A program made the translations under genes and the position numbers. Below are positions 50,428-59,900 of a stretch of 64,000 bases of DNA, one piece after another. Location of the stretch: the NCBI GenBank assembly GCA_903939515.1, contig CAJAHH010000123.1, positions 29,106-93,105 on the forward strand. Reading direction: 5' to 3'. This stretch comes from an uncultured Verrucomicrobiota bacterium (GTDB lineage: Bacteria; Verrucomicrobiota; Verrucomicrobiia; Limisphaerales; UBA9464). The notes beneath the pieces were generated by a model. It was not told the DNA's origin, did not search any database, and worked only from the letters and a program-made list of their open reading frames with translations. Within the stretch, counting starts at the first letter, position 1. Every line of letters starts with the position of its first letter.

Positions 50428-51864
50428 TCAGGCCAGCAGCAGGGCGCGGCAGGCCTTCTCGAGCTTCTTAAGCTGGGCCGCTGACTTGGCCTCGATATAG
50501 CAGCGGATGAGGGGCTCGGTGCCGCTGGCGCGGAAGGCAACCCACTCGCGGTTTGGTAGTAAGAATTTGAAGCCGTCGGTGGTGATGAATTGCTCCACCT
50601 TGGACGTGCCGACCTGGTCGAGACCTGCGGCCAGTCGCTGGAGCAGGGCCTCTTTTTTGTCGGGCGGGATAGCCACATTGATGCGGGTGGTGTGGAACTC
50701 GCCGGTCTTTTTCTCCAGATCGGCCAGGATCTTCATCAGGGGCTTCTTTTCGGTGGCCACCAACTCAGCCATGAGCAGGCAGGCCAGGATTCCGTCCTTC
50801 TCGGGCACGTGACCTTTCACGCTGAGACCCCCGGACTCTTCGCCACCCACGATGATGGGTTCCGATTCCATCAGGGCTCCGATGAATTTGAAGCCCACCG
50901 GGGTCTCGTGAACGGGCACTCCCAACAGCTCGGCCACCGCATCGACCTGATGGCTGGTGGGAACCGTGCGCACCACCGCACCGGTCCAGCCGCGGTTCTT
51001 CTTCAGGTGATACAAGGCCAGGGCCAGCACTTGGTTCGGGGTGATCCAAGTGCCGTCGCGATCCACGATGCCGAAGCGGTCGGCGTCACCGTCGAGGCCT
51101 AAGCCCAGCGTCGCCTTGCCCGCCAGAATCGCCTCGCGGGCCGGTGCCATACCCTCGGCATTGGGTTCCGGATGATGTCCGCCGAAGCTGGGATTCAACG
51201 TGTCGTGGAACCGTAGGACCTTGGCCCCACCGTCTTCTTCGAGCAGCGTGTCGAGATAACCACGACCGGTGCCGTACATGAGTTCGACGGCGATCTTGAG
51301 CTTGGCCTTCTTGATGACCGCGAAGTTGATGTGTTTGCGGAGCTGCTTGAGGTAGGCCGGGGTCGGGTCGACCTCCTTGCAGCGAAACGAGCCGACCAAT
51401 CCGGCCTGGAAGGTCCAGCCCGATTCCTGACGGTGGCGGATGTGGCCTTCGATGCGGCCGGTGACTTCGGGCGGAGCGGCCGCTCCGTTGGACCCGCTGA
51501 ATTTGAGGCCCTGGTATTCGGCCGGGTTGTGGCTGGCGGTCATGTTGATACCGCCCAAGGCCTTGCGCACTCGAATCGCGTGGGCGATGACCGGGGTCGG
51601 AGCGTCGCGCTGGCAGAGCAAGGGAATCAGCCCGTTGGCGGCCAGCACCTCAGCCACGGCCAGGGAAAATTCGCGGCCCAGGAAACGGGTATCGTGACCG
51701 ATGATGACTTCCCGTTTTCGCGAAGAGCCGGCGTCTCCAGCCGATTTAATTTCCTCGAGCAAGTAGTCGGCAATGCCTTGCGCGGCGAACCGCACGTTCT
51801 CGAAGGTAAAGTCCCGGGCGATGAGCCCACGCCAACCGGAGGTGCCGAACTTGATCGAAGTCAC
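50428..51864 (-). CDS. Phosphoglucomutase/phosphomannomutase family protein
   Basis: FGTSGWRG, TASHNP phosphoserine loop, DGDADRFG, GGEESGG, RASGTEP. Confidence 0.95.
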   Translation of the reverse strand: MTSIKFGTSGWRGLIARDFTFENVRFAAQGIADYLLEEIKSAGDAGSSRKREVIIGHDTRFLGREFSLAVAEVLAANGLIPLLCQRDAPTPVIAHAIRVRKALGGINMTASHNPAEYQGLKFSGSNGAAAPPEVTGRIEGHIRHRQESGWTFQAGLVGSFRCKEVDPTPAYLKQLRKHINFAVIKKAKLKIAVELMYGTGRGYLDTLLEEDGGAKVLRFHDTLNPSFGGHHPEPNAEGMAPAREAILAGKATLGLGLDGDADRFGIVDRDGTWITPNQVLALALYHLKKNRGWTGAVVRTVPTSHQVDAVAELLGVPVHETPVGFKFIGALMESEPIIVGGEESGGLSVKGHVPEKDGILACLLMAELVATEKKPLMKILADLEKKTGEFHTTRINVAIPPDKKEALLQRLAAGLDQVGTSKVEQFITTDGFKFLLPNREWVAFRASGTEPLIRCYIEAKSAAQLKKLEKACRALLLA

Positions 51865-52043
51865 CGGGGAGTTGTCGACCGCCAGCCCGAAGATTTCAAG
51901 CCGGCCGAGGCCTTTTCTTGAACTCGGCCTGCTTGTGAGGAGGGGTCATGGGGCCGTCTCCGGAGGGTCGGAGAAGCAGTGGAATCAGAGCCCTTCCATC
52001 CCAAGGAGTTGGCGGGTAAACATTTCGATTAGAGAGATATTCG

Positions 52044-52550
52044 ATGAACCTTCTTAAAACCCCGCTGCACCGTACTCTCAGACTTTTCTCGAAGAGGGGT
52101 TCTTCCCGAGGGTTTGCCGTCGTTCGTCATCTCTATCTGGTGATGGGGTTGTCCATGATCGGTTTGGCCGCAGTCACAATTTTCTTCTATGTGAAGACAC
52201 TGCTTGCCTCTGGAGCTTCGGTAGACCTGACCTTTCGTGCGGTTCCCATCGTTGTCGCTTTGGTGGTTTTTCTGTTGGGTATCGCTTTTGTCCGCTCGGC
52301 CCTGTCGCTCTTTCGGTTAGAGGGTTGGGAACAGGCGCTGGAGCCCGTAAGCTGGCCGGACTCGGATTCTGATTCGGGGGCAAATGCCCAAACCGCTGCC
52401 TCGGAACGGGTCAACAACGAGAAGCCTGCCCGGGAGGCCTATCAATGCACGGCTTGTGGAGCGCGAATTCAGGATGCATCCGAGGTTTCGCCTAAGGGCG
52501 ATACCCGATGCGCCTATTGCAACGTCTGGTTCAATATCCACCAGCAGTAA
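52044..52550 (+). CDS. Hypothetical membrane protein with C-terminal zinc ribbon
   Basis: Two TM segments, then CTACGA...CAYC. Confidence 0.7.
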   Translation: MNLLKTPLHRTLRLFSKRGSSRGFAVVRHLYLVMGLSMIGLAAVTIFFYVKTLLASGASVDLTFRAVPIVVALVVFLLGIAFVRSALSLFRLEGWEQALEPVSWPDSDSDSGANAQTAASERVNNEKPAREAYQCTACGARIQDASEVSPKGDTRCAYCNVWFNIHQQ

Positions 52551-52603
52551 GGGGTGGATAATTTCACCGTGATGGAGCCTGTCGCAGAAAGACGATATCC
52601 TGT

Positions 52604-54220
52604 TTAAATCAAGTCGGGCTCGCCGGTCACGCGGACCTTGTCCTGAGACTGGATTCCGCCGGCTTTGAGACTTTGTTTCAGGTCGGCGTAGCCGGGGATG
52701 ATGCGGTTGAGTTGCTCTTGGCTGGCCCCGAGATGATCGCGGACGACCTTGCCCATCACCGAGCGGAAATCGGTGGCCCGTTGCAAGTAGCGGCCGGTGC
52801 TCTGGAACATCGAGCCAGTCATTCCGGTTTGCCAGGCCACCGGATCCGAAGGGCCGCAGTTGAAGACACCGCTGTGAGTCACCTTGCCGGTGGCGTCGGT
52901 GCGCAACCCCTTGATGCCGCCGCCGGCGACATACATCACGCTGGCCTCGGCGTGGTCGGTGCCGTTGTCCGAATTCTCAATGGTGGTGCGACCGAATTCC
53001 GACAAGGTCACAATGACCAGGTCATCCCAGCGGCACTGGTCGGCATACTGGCGGAAATACTGCCGGAGCGCGTAAATCGACCAACCGACCCGCTGCAACA
53101 AGTTCGCGTGGGCGCCGGTGGCTCCGCCTTGATTGCTGTGGGTATCCCAACCGTCGATTTGAGTGCCGGCCACCAAAGCGTCAGTTTTGTTGAGGACCAG
53201 TGCGGCCGACTTGAGTTGGTTGAAGTAGCCGTAGGCGGAGGTGGGGACCACGTAGCCCGGATTGGTTGCACCGGAAGGTCCGGCACCATTCTTCGCGTTG
53301 GTGGTCGGGAACAGCGAATAAGGTTTGTTGCCGTCCGAGTTTTGGTTGTCGACGAAGGTGTTGCCGGCCTCGCTGAAATCGATGCCAGCGAAGATTTCCA
53401 GCGTGCGTCGCATGTTCTCATATTGCTGCTGGAGCAGATCTCGGTTGGCTTTGTCGGGGAAGGTGGCTCCCGTGGCTGCCTGGAGTGCGCGGGCGGTCTT
53501 GAGATTGCCGTCGGCTGTATTGGGTACCCCGAGCAAATCGTAGCGGGTCGGGTCTGAAAGATTGGTCATCGCCGCGCGCGATCCCCGCAGGAGGAGTGGC
53601 AGCGAGTTCTGGAAGGAAACCCCAGTCAGCGAGTTCTTTCCCGGACGCCCTGATTCAACCATGGCTCGGTAGAGCAGGCCGTCTTTGACCATGTTGGTCC
53701 GGGGGGCACCGGTTTCCCAGTAAGATTGAGAATCGAAGTGGGAACGCGATTGTTGCGGATAGGCCACCCGGTGAATGAGTGCCAATTCGCCGGCATTGTA
53801 GACCGGGGTCAGGAATTTGAGAGCGGGATGCAGTCCGGCAAATCCATTGCCCAGCGGGAGCGAGTAGGGGTAGGCGAAGGTGGCTCCGTTAGTGCCCGCT
53901 TCCGGAAACAACGCTTTACCCTGCACATTCCAGCTTTGCGCGGGATCGACTGGGATGGCGATGTTGTCGCGGATTTTGGGGCCGTAGGCGTCGTCGCCGT
54001 GGGGGATGACGTTGTTGAGCCCGTCATTGGCCCCGCGCAGAAAGATGAAGAGCAGTTTCTTGACGCGACCATTGGTGCCGGGCTGTCCGAGCCCGCCTTC
54101 TGCGAGCGCCTTTTGGACGAAGAGTGGAACGTCGGTCAGCGAGCTCAGGGCGGCCGTAGCTGCCAGGCCGGTGGCGGTGCTGAAGAAGTTTCGGCGGGTG
54201 AGGATTTGGGGCGTGTTCAT
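52604..54220 (-). CDS. DUF1501 family protein (DUF1800-associated type) with Tat signal
   Basis: TRRNFF; IFLRGANDGLN; GLHPAL; SRSHF; GWDTHSNQ; SEFGRT; GTDH; TDFRSV. Confidence 0.9.
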   Translation of the reverse strand: MNTPQILTRRNFFSTATGLAATAALSSLTDVPLFVQKALAEGGLGQPGTNGRVKKLLFIFLRGANDGLNNVIPHGDDAYGPKIRDNIAIPVDPAQSWNVQGKALFPEAGTNGATFAYPYSLPLGNGFAGLHPALKFLTPVYNAGELALIHRVAYPQQSRSHFDSQSYWETGAPRTNMVKDGLLYRAMVESGRPGKNSLTGVSFQNSLPLLLRGSRAAMTNLSDPTRYDLLGVPNTADGNLKTARALQAATGATFPDKANRDLLQQQYENMRRTLEIFAGIDFSEAGNTFVDNQNSDGNKPYSLFPTTNAKNGAGPSGATNPGYVVPTSAYGYFNQLKSAALVLNKTDALVAGTQIDGWDTHSNQGGATGAHANLLQRVGWSIYALRQYFRQYADQCRWDDLVIVTLSEFGRTTIENSDNGTDHAEASVMYVAGGGIKGLRTDATGKVTHSGVFNCGPSDPVAWQTGMTGSMFQSTGRYLQRATDFRSVMGKVVRDHLGASQEQLNRIIPGYADLKQSLKAGGIQSQDKVRVTGEPDLI

Positions 54221-54255
54221 GGCGCGAGAGTTGGAGCGATTTTCAGTGCCGGACC

Positions 54256-56814
54256 TCATTGTTCCTGAAAACGGGGTGAACTCAGCAGTAGGGCGGCGAG
54301 GCCACGCACACGGGTGTCGTAGTCCTTGGTTCCGGGAACCAAGTTCGCGAACTCGGAGGGCGTGGTGCCGTTGTCGGTGGTGTTGAGAAACTGGATGCTC
54401 AGGGCCCGGTATTGGCTGAGGTTGGCGGATCCTTCTGAGGGAAATAGCAACCGGAGCAGGTAATCGGTGACCGCTTCGGCAGAACGGTTGGCTCCGTTGG
54501 TCAAGCGGAGCGCCAGCAGTGCTGAGGGATCGACCCGGCTTGAGCCCAGAGAATCGGGCGAGCTGCGGACGCCAGTGCCCGTCGCCAGGCCGGCGCCAGC
54601 CAGAGCCAACGACTGCACATAGCGCAAGCGCTCGCTGAGGGTGCCGGCACTAATCCAACCACCGGCGTCCTCCGCGTATCCGTCGGGTTCGGCCCGGTCG
54701 AAGAGGCGCATCCGGCCCGCCCGGTCGAGCAATCCACCGGAGGCCACGAGGCTGGGCGCGTCGGCGCTCGCAGTGAGAGATCCATCGGGTTTGGAGGCGC
54801 GGAAGGCTCTCAACGTGGAAGCAGCAAACTCCAAAGGAGTCTTCACCTTGGCGGCTGCCGTGTTGGGGTTGCGGAAGAGATCGCTCTTGAGGAGGACCCT
54901 CAGGACCTCACGCATCTGACCTTTGGGGCCCCCGTTTGTGGGGTTCTCCCAGGCCAGCATGCAGTCGTGGACCAGCGACTCTTCGGGCGAGGTCTCGGCA
55001 TCGGTAAAGTCGTAGCCATGGTGGAAATTGTCGTGCACCAGCAGGCGGCAAAGCTTCACCGAGAGGTATTCTTGGGCGAAGGGTTGATCGGCCATGTGCC
55101 GCACGATTTGGTAACCGTCTTGGATGCCGTTTGTGGTGGAACCGTTGCTGAGCTTCAGTCCGTACGGCCGCCCTGCCCACGGGGGACCAAACCGAGCAGG
55201 AACAGTTTTGGGCGAGTTGGTAAGGATGTTTCCTTTGGCATCCCGTTCGTAGAAGACCCACTTGATCCGGGGATCATGGCGATCGGTCCGGTAGCGGAAG
55301 GACCAAAGTCCCAACAGGTTTGTCACGCTGTTGCGCTCTGTGGCGTTGGTGAGCCCAGAGGTGATCATCGTGGTGGTCCGGGTTGCGAAGGGGTTCGCTG
55401 CCTGATTGGTGGCGAGGAGTTCGACCGTCCATCCGGTCCAAGCCCGGGAAATTTGTTCGATGTCGCCTTGCTCGTAGCCGTTGTCCACGCCGAAGGCGAA
55501 AAGTTCACACAATTCGCGCGCGTAATTTTCGTTGGCGATGCGGTTGGTCTTGGTGGTGCTGTCGTAGTCACCCCGGGACAGGACGGTGTCGAGGTAGATG
55601 ATCATGGCCGGACTTTCGACACTGATCTTCAGCAGGTCGTGGAAGGTGCATTGCGGATTCAGGAAGGCCCGCCGCCAGCGGAGGTTTTCTTTGAATTCCT
55701 GCCGGGTAGATTCGGGGCCCGACCAGGCATTGGGCAATCCGGCCCGGTCATCGAAGTAGGTGAAGCCTTTGGAGTATTCGGTGACAAAGTGGTTCTCCAG
55801 GAATTGCTGAAAAACCTCGGCCAATTGGCGTTGAGATTGAACTGCGTGGTGGACGTGCCAGGCGCGCAAGTCACCGATGGAGGCCGAACCCTCTTGGAGT
55901 CGGGCATAGTAGGGGATGGGCGATTCGGCGTCTCCCTGTAGCGGGACGGTCGCAACAATGCCGCTGCCGCTGAGCCGCACCGTCAGCTGTCGAGTCGAAG
56001 GCTGGGCTAGGTACCAGAAGCTCAGCGTGTAGGGCATCGAAGCGTTGAGTGTCGTGGGAATAGTCTGCACCACCGCGTCGGTCCCGGTGCTTCCAGCGGC
56101 ATTCAGAACGAGATGGAAGGAAGCATTACCTCCATGCACGTAGTCGGTGGTGCGGGCCGAATTGAGGGTGTTGGTGGTCGTGGTCCAGTTGGCGGTCGCC
56201 AGCGGTTGCTCGAAGTCGCCGTTAATAAGCAGATTGGCAGTGGTGCCGTTGTCGGTGGTGCCAGCGACCAGGCGGAAGTCGTCGAGGTAGGCGTCACCAG
56301 CACCGTTCAAGTACACGTAGAGTTTGGAGGAAGAGCCCGTGCCCGTGATAGTGACTTTCCTCCAAACCGGGTCGGTTTCGGTGGATTCGTCCAGGTTCTC
56401 TGAAATTTTCTCCGGCGCCAACTGCTCCTCGATGTAGGCGTCGGTGCCAAGGGTGGCGAGCCGATCCAGAGCGTCTGGGGTCGGACCGTAGGCGATGCGG
56501 TTGAGCAGGGTGCTGGCGCGGACTGTCTCGGCGGCCAGCGGTAAGGCTTCTAGGCGGTAGAAGCCGGAATCACCGGTTGCGGCCGCCTCGGCGGTCCACA
56601 CGGTGCCCAATTGTTTTCCAGCGAGGGGGCTGCCCGGCATCCCGAGCGTGGCGCTGGCGCGGACTTGGTATTCTGAGACTGAGGGGAGTAAGCGAAACTC
56701 GAGGGACGGACGCCCGTTGGTCCAATTCAGCGAGAGGATGTCGGGTGTCTCGGCAACCATCCGGACCCACCCCAATGCCATCCCGAGTATACACCCGATA
56801 TAAAACAGTTTCAT
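54256..56814 (-). CDS. DUF1800 family protein with an extra N-terminal domain and an inserted beta-sandwich domain
   Basis: LLNRIAYGP, FLENHFV, SPAMIIYLD, NENYARELCELF, YEQGDI..SRAWTGW, KVKTPLEF, LLSSPRFQ. Start placed at ATG 56814. Confidence 0.88.
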   Translation of the reverse strand: MKLFYIGCILGMALGWVRMVAETPDILSLNWTNGRPSLEFRLLPSVSEYQVRASATLGMPGSPLAGKQLGTVWTAEAAATGDSGFYRLEALPLAAETVRASTLLNRIAYGPTPDALDRLATLGTDAYIEEQLAPEKISENLDESTETDPVWRKVTITGTGSSSKLYVYLNGAGDAYLDDFRLVAGTTDNGTTANLLINGDFEQPLATANWTTTTNTLNSARTTDYVHGGNASFHLVLNAAGSTGTDAVVQTIPTTLNASMPYTLSFWYLAQPSTRQLTVRLSGSGIVATVPLQGDAESPIPYYARLQEGSASIGDLRAWHVHHAVQSQRQLAEVFQQFLENHFVTEYSKGFTYFDDRAGLPNAWSGPESTRQEFKENLRWRRAFLNPQCTFHDLLKISVESPAMIIYLDTVLSRGDYDSTTKTNRIANENYARELCELFAFGVDNGYEQGDIEQISRAWTGWTVELLATNQAANPFATRTTTMITSGLTNATERNSVTNLLGLWSFRYRTDRHDPRIKWVFYERDAKGNILTNSPKTVPARFGPPWAGRPYGLKLSNGSTTNGIQDGYQIVRHMADQPFAQEYLSVKLCRLLVHDNFHHGYDFTDAETSPEESLVHDCMLAWENPTNGGPKGQMREVLRVLLKSDLFRNPNTAAAKVKTPLEFAASTLRAFRASKPDGSLTASADAPSLVASGGLLDRAGRMRLFDRAEPDGYAEDAGGWISAGTLSERLRYVQSLALAGAGLATGTGVRSSPDSLGSSRVDPSALLALRLTNGANRSAEAVTDYLLRLLFPSEGSANLSQYRALSIQFLNTTDNGTTPSEFANLVPGTKDYDTRVRGLAALLLSSPRFQEQ

Positions 56815-56913
56815 GGTATCCAAAGCGGAGAGTAACGAGTCGAGAGCTAGCAGGTACAGGGCCAACAGTTCCAGACCAAAACACGGGGTCCAAAAGGCAC
56901 GGATAAGGCGGGA

Positions 56914-59900
56914 TCAAGGGCTGGCATAGCTGGGAGCGGTCCACTGCCGATACCGGCCGGACCCGTTGGTTACGGTACCTAGCCCTCGAAGCCGGAAGAT
57001 TTTGCCGCTGGCACTGGATTCCAGGCGGAGTCGCGTGGTCTCCGGTGGGAGTTCTTGGACTTGTGTCCACAGGGCGGAGTCGTTGGCGGGGCCCGAATCG
57101 ATGCGGTATCCGCCGGGGGCCTCGGGCGAGGCGTTCCAGGTGAGTTCGGTGACGCCGGCTTGGTTTTTGGCTTTGAACGCCGATGGGGCCTGGAGGGGGT
57201 GTTCTAGCAAGCAGGGGTCCCCCAGCAAGTAGGTGAGTCGAGCATTCACCGAGCCGTTACGTTCGGCCGAATCGGTGAGCAGGGCGTGGACCGGTGCCCC
57301 GGCGTGCACACGGTCGGTGATCCAAGGCGCGAAGGCGTAAGCCGTGCCGGCCAGCAGCACCGAGTTCTCGGAGGCGAGGCAGGTTCGCAAGAAGTCTTCG
57401 CCATAGCCGCTGTACCACTGGCCGAGAAAGGAGCCGAAGGCGAAGAGGAAGGCGACCCGTGGGATATCTCCCGGCCGTTTCCAGGCGACATTCTTGGCGA
57501 AGTGACTGTGTCCGGGCTTGGCCGCCCCGGTCATACCCAAGACCCCGAAATGCGAGTAGTCGGTCTGGAAGCCCCAGCGAATGTTCGGTCCATCCTGGAA
57601 GAGGTCGGTATTCCAAGCCGCCGCCGTCAGAAGTTCTAATTGGCCCAAGCGTGGCGCGATGTGCACCAGATTCCGATCTACTAGAGCGCCCAAGACATTC
57701 GCGTATCCAATCGCCGAGTCTTGGAAAGGGAGCAGGCCGCGTCGATAACGTCCGACCTTGTCAAAGTATCGGTCCAGTAGGGCAACCTCGACTTCGAGGG
57801 CACTTTTTGGGTTTCCCTTAAGATCAGCAAATCGGCTGTCGAAGTGGGAGAGTCGAGCAAAGTCGATGCGCCCCAGCGGTACCTCGATGCGCCCGGCGCT
57901 GCCGTCGGGCTCTCGGGGGAGTTCGTTCTGGTCCCAGCGGCCATCGCCCGCCTCGTTGCCCAGGATGCAGTAGGCGCATTGGCTGCGCGGGCAATCCGGG
58001 CAGCCGGTCTTGAAGGATTGGGTGTCGGTCCAGGTTCCGGTGAGGTCGCCGTAGAAGAGGTCGGCCGGCCAGGCTCCCAGGTGGATGCCCGCCGGATCTT
58101 GGCAATTCACATGGCCATCTTCAGCGGCCCAACCGCTTTGGGGAATGGTGGGGTGCCCGATGAGCACCGCGACCTGGGTGCGCCCCGGATGGGCCTCGTA
58201 CTCGCGGCGGATGAGGGCCTTGATGGCTAGGAGATTGGCCTTGTTCCGCGGGAGCGCCTCAGCGTCGTAGCGTCGGCAGTCGAAGTCTTGCGGGTCGGCG
58301 TCCACGTGGCGCGGCACGCGGTGCTGGACGACTTCCCAGCCGTCGGCGATGAGGTCAGCCCGGTAGCGGGCCAAACTTCCGGTGAGGCGTTCAGCGAGGG
58401 TGTCATCTACGAGTAACAGGGCCCGGCCCCGGTCTGCTGGGGGTGGGGTGTCATGAGCCACGCAGAGTTCGAGTGGCGGCCGGCTGTTGCGTAAGACTCG
58501 GTAACCGTAGGTCTGCCCGGATCGTACGGTCGTGTCAGTAAAGACCGAGGTGCGGGCGTCGCGATCGATGATTTCCCAAGCAGTGGGATTGGGCCCCCAG
58601 GACTTCCGTGCGATGGGATAGAAGCCACCCTGATCGCCGTCGCCTTCCCAGTCGCGTTGGAAGGTGAGTCGGATGCCCGAGGCAAGAGACTCCCCGGAAA
58701 TTCGGTCGGTGTCGTCGGCCTCGAGCGGGCGATGATGGCTCCGGACGATGCCTTCCGGTGGGCCGGGGTGACCCAGGCTCCCGGGCAGCAGGTGGTTGCG
58801 CAGGAGGACCCGGTCTAGTCGGCCAAGCGCGGGGGATTGACCGTCGAGGGCGTTGCCCAGGCTGAAGGTGTTGAGCTCATTACGAGGGCTGGGCGGACGT
58901 GAGTGGGACTCCCGAGGGAGCTGCTCGAAGGTGTCGGCGGTGAAGGAGAGTTGGAAGGTCCAGTTGGTCCGTCCCGTGAAGGGGCGGGACTGAGTGGCCG
59001 ACCGGGGCAGCGGCGACCAGAGGGTTTGTTGGAAGTTCTCGGAGATCCGAGTGAGTGCCAGTCGGCGGCCCGAGGCATCGATGCTCACACGCAATCCCGG
59101 GGTCTCCAACAGGACGCAGTCGGCACCGGGAGCGTCGTTGGTCGCGCCATGGAACCAGTCGGGCGAGTAGTCGAGGGCGATCGATCCGTGGAGTGGCTGA
59201 AGATTGGTGCGGGTGACTCCGTCGCGGTTCCAGATCAGCGGGTAGAGCAGTACCTGCCCAGAACGGTGAAACCCCGCCGCGCTTCGGTCGAAGGAGGGTT
59301 CGCGCGAGGCCGAGGATCCGGGCAGGGGCATCGCGCCGTCCCCGGACTCGAAACGGTCGGTATCGAATCCGAAGGAAGCGAGAACGCGGGGCTGGGCGCT
59401 GAAGCGGTTTTCCGGATCGGTCCCGTCGAGTAATTCGTCCAAGTCGCTGCGCCCGTCCCCGTCCCGATCACCGCGGCCGGGGACTGGGCGTTTTTTTGGA
59501 GCGGCCGTCGATTGCGGCACCTCTGTTTCGCGCCTCAGCGAGCCCGACCCGATCCAGCGGAATCCTCGGGCTGGAGTTTCGTGAAGCACCGTCGCCGTCG
59601 CCACCGTCACCACAGCATTGCTGACGGTTGTTCCCTCAACCCAGTAGTCGATGGGCCAGTGGTGGAACCCCAGTTTGATAGGGTTGAGGCCCCCGGCTTC
59701 CGGCAGTGCTTGGTCCCGGATGGCACGGGGTGTCAGGTAGAGAGTTTGGGTGACGAGGGGTGGCAACAGTTCTGGGGGCAAGACGGTCATCGCTGGAAGA
59801 GCCACGGCCAATTCGGGGTCCAGCAGGCCGTGGCCGAACCCAGGGCGGATCCGACGGCTGCCCGGGGGCAGGTAGAGCGAGCCCGCGGCCTCAACAAAGG

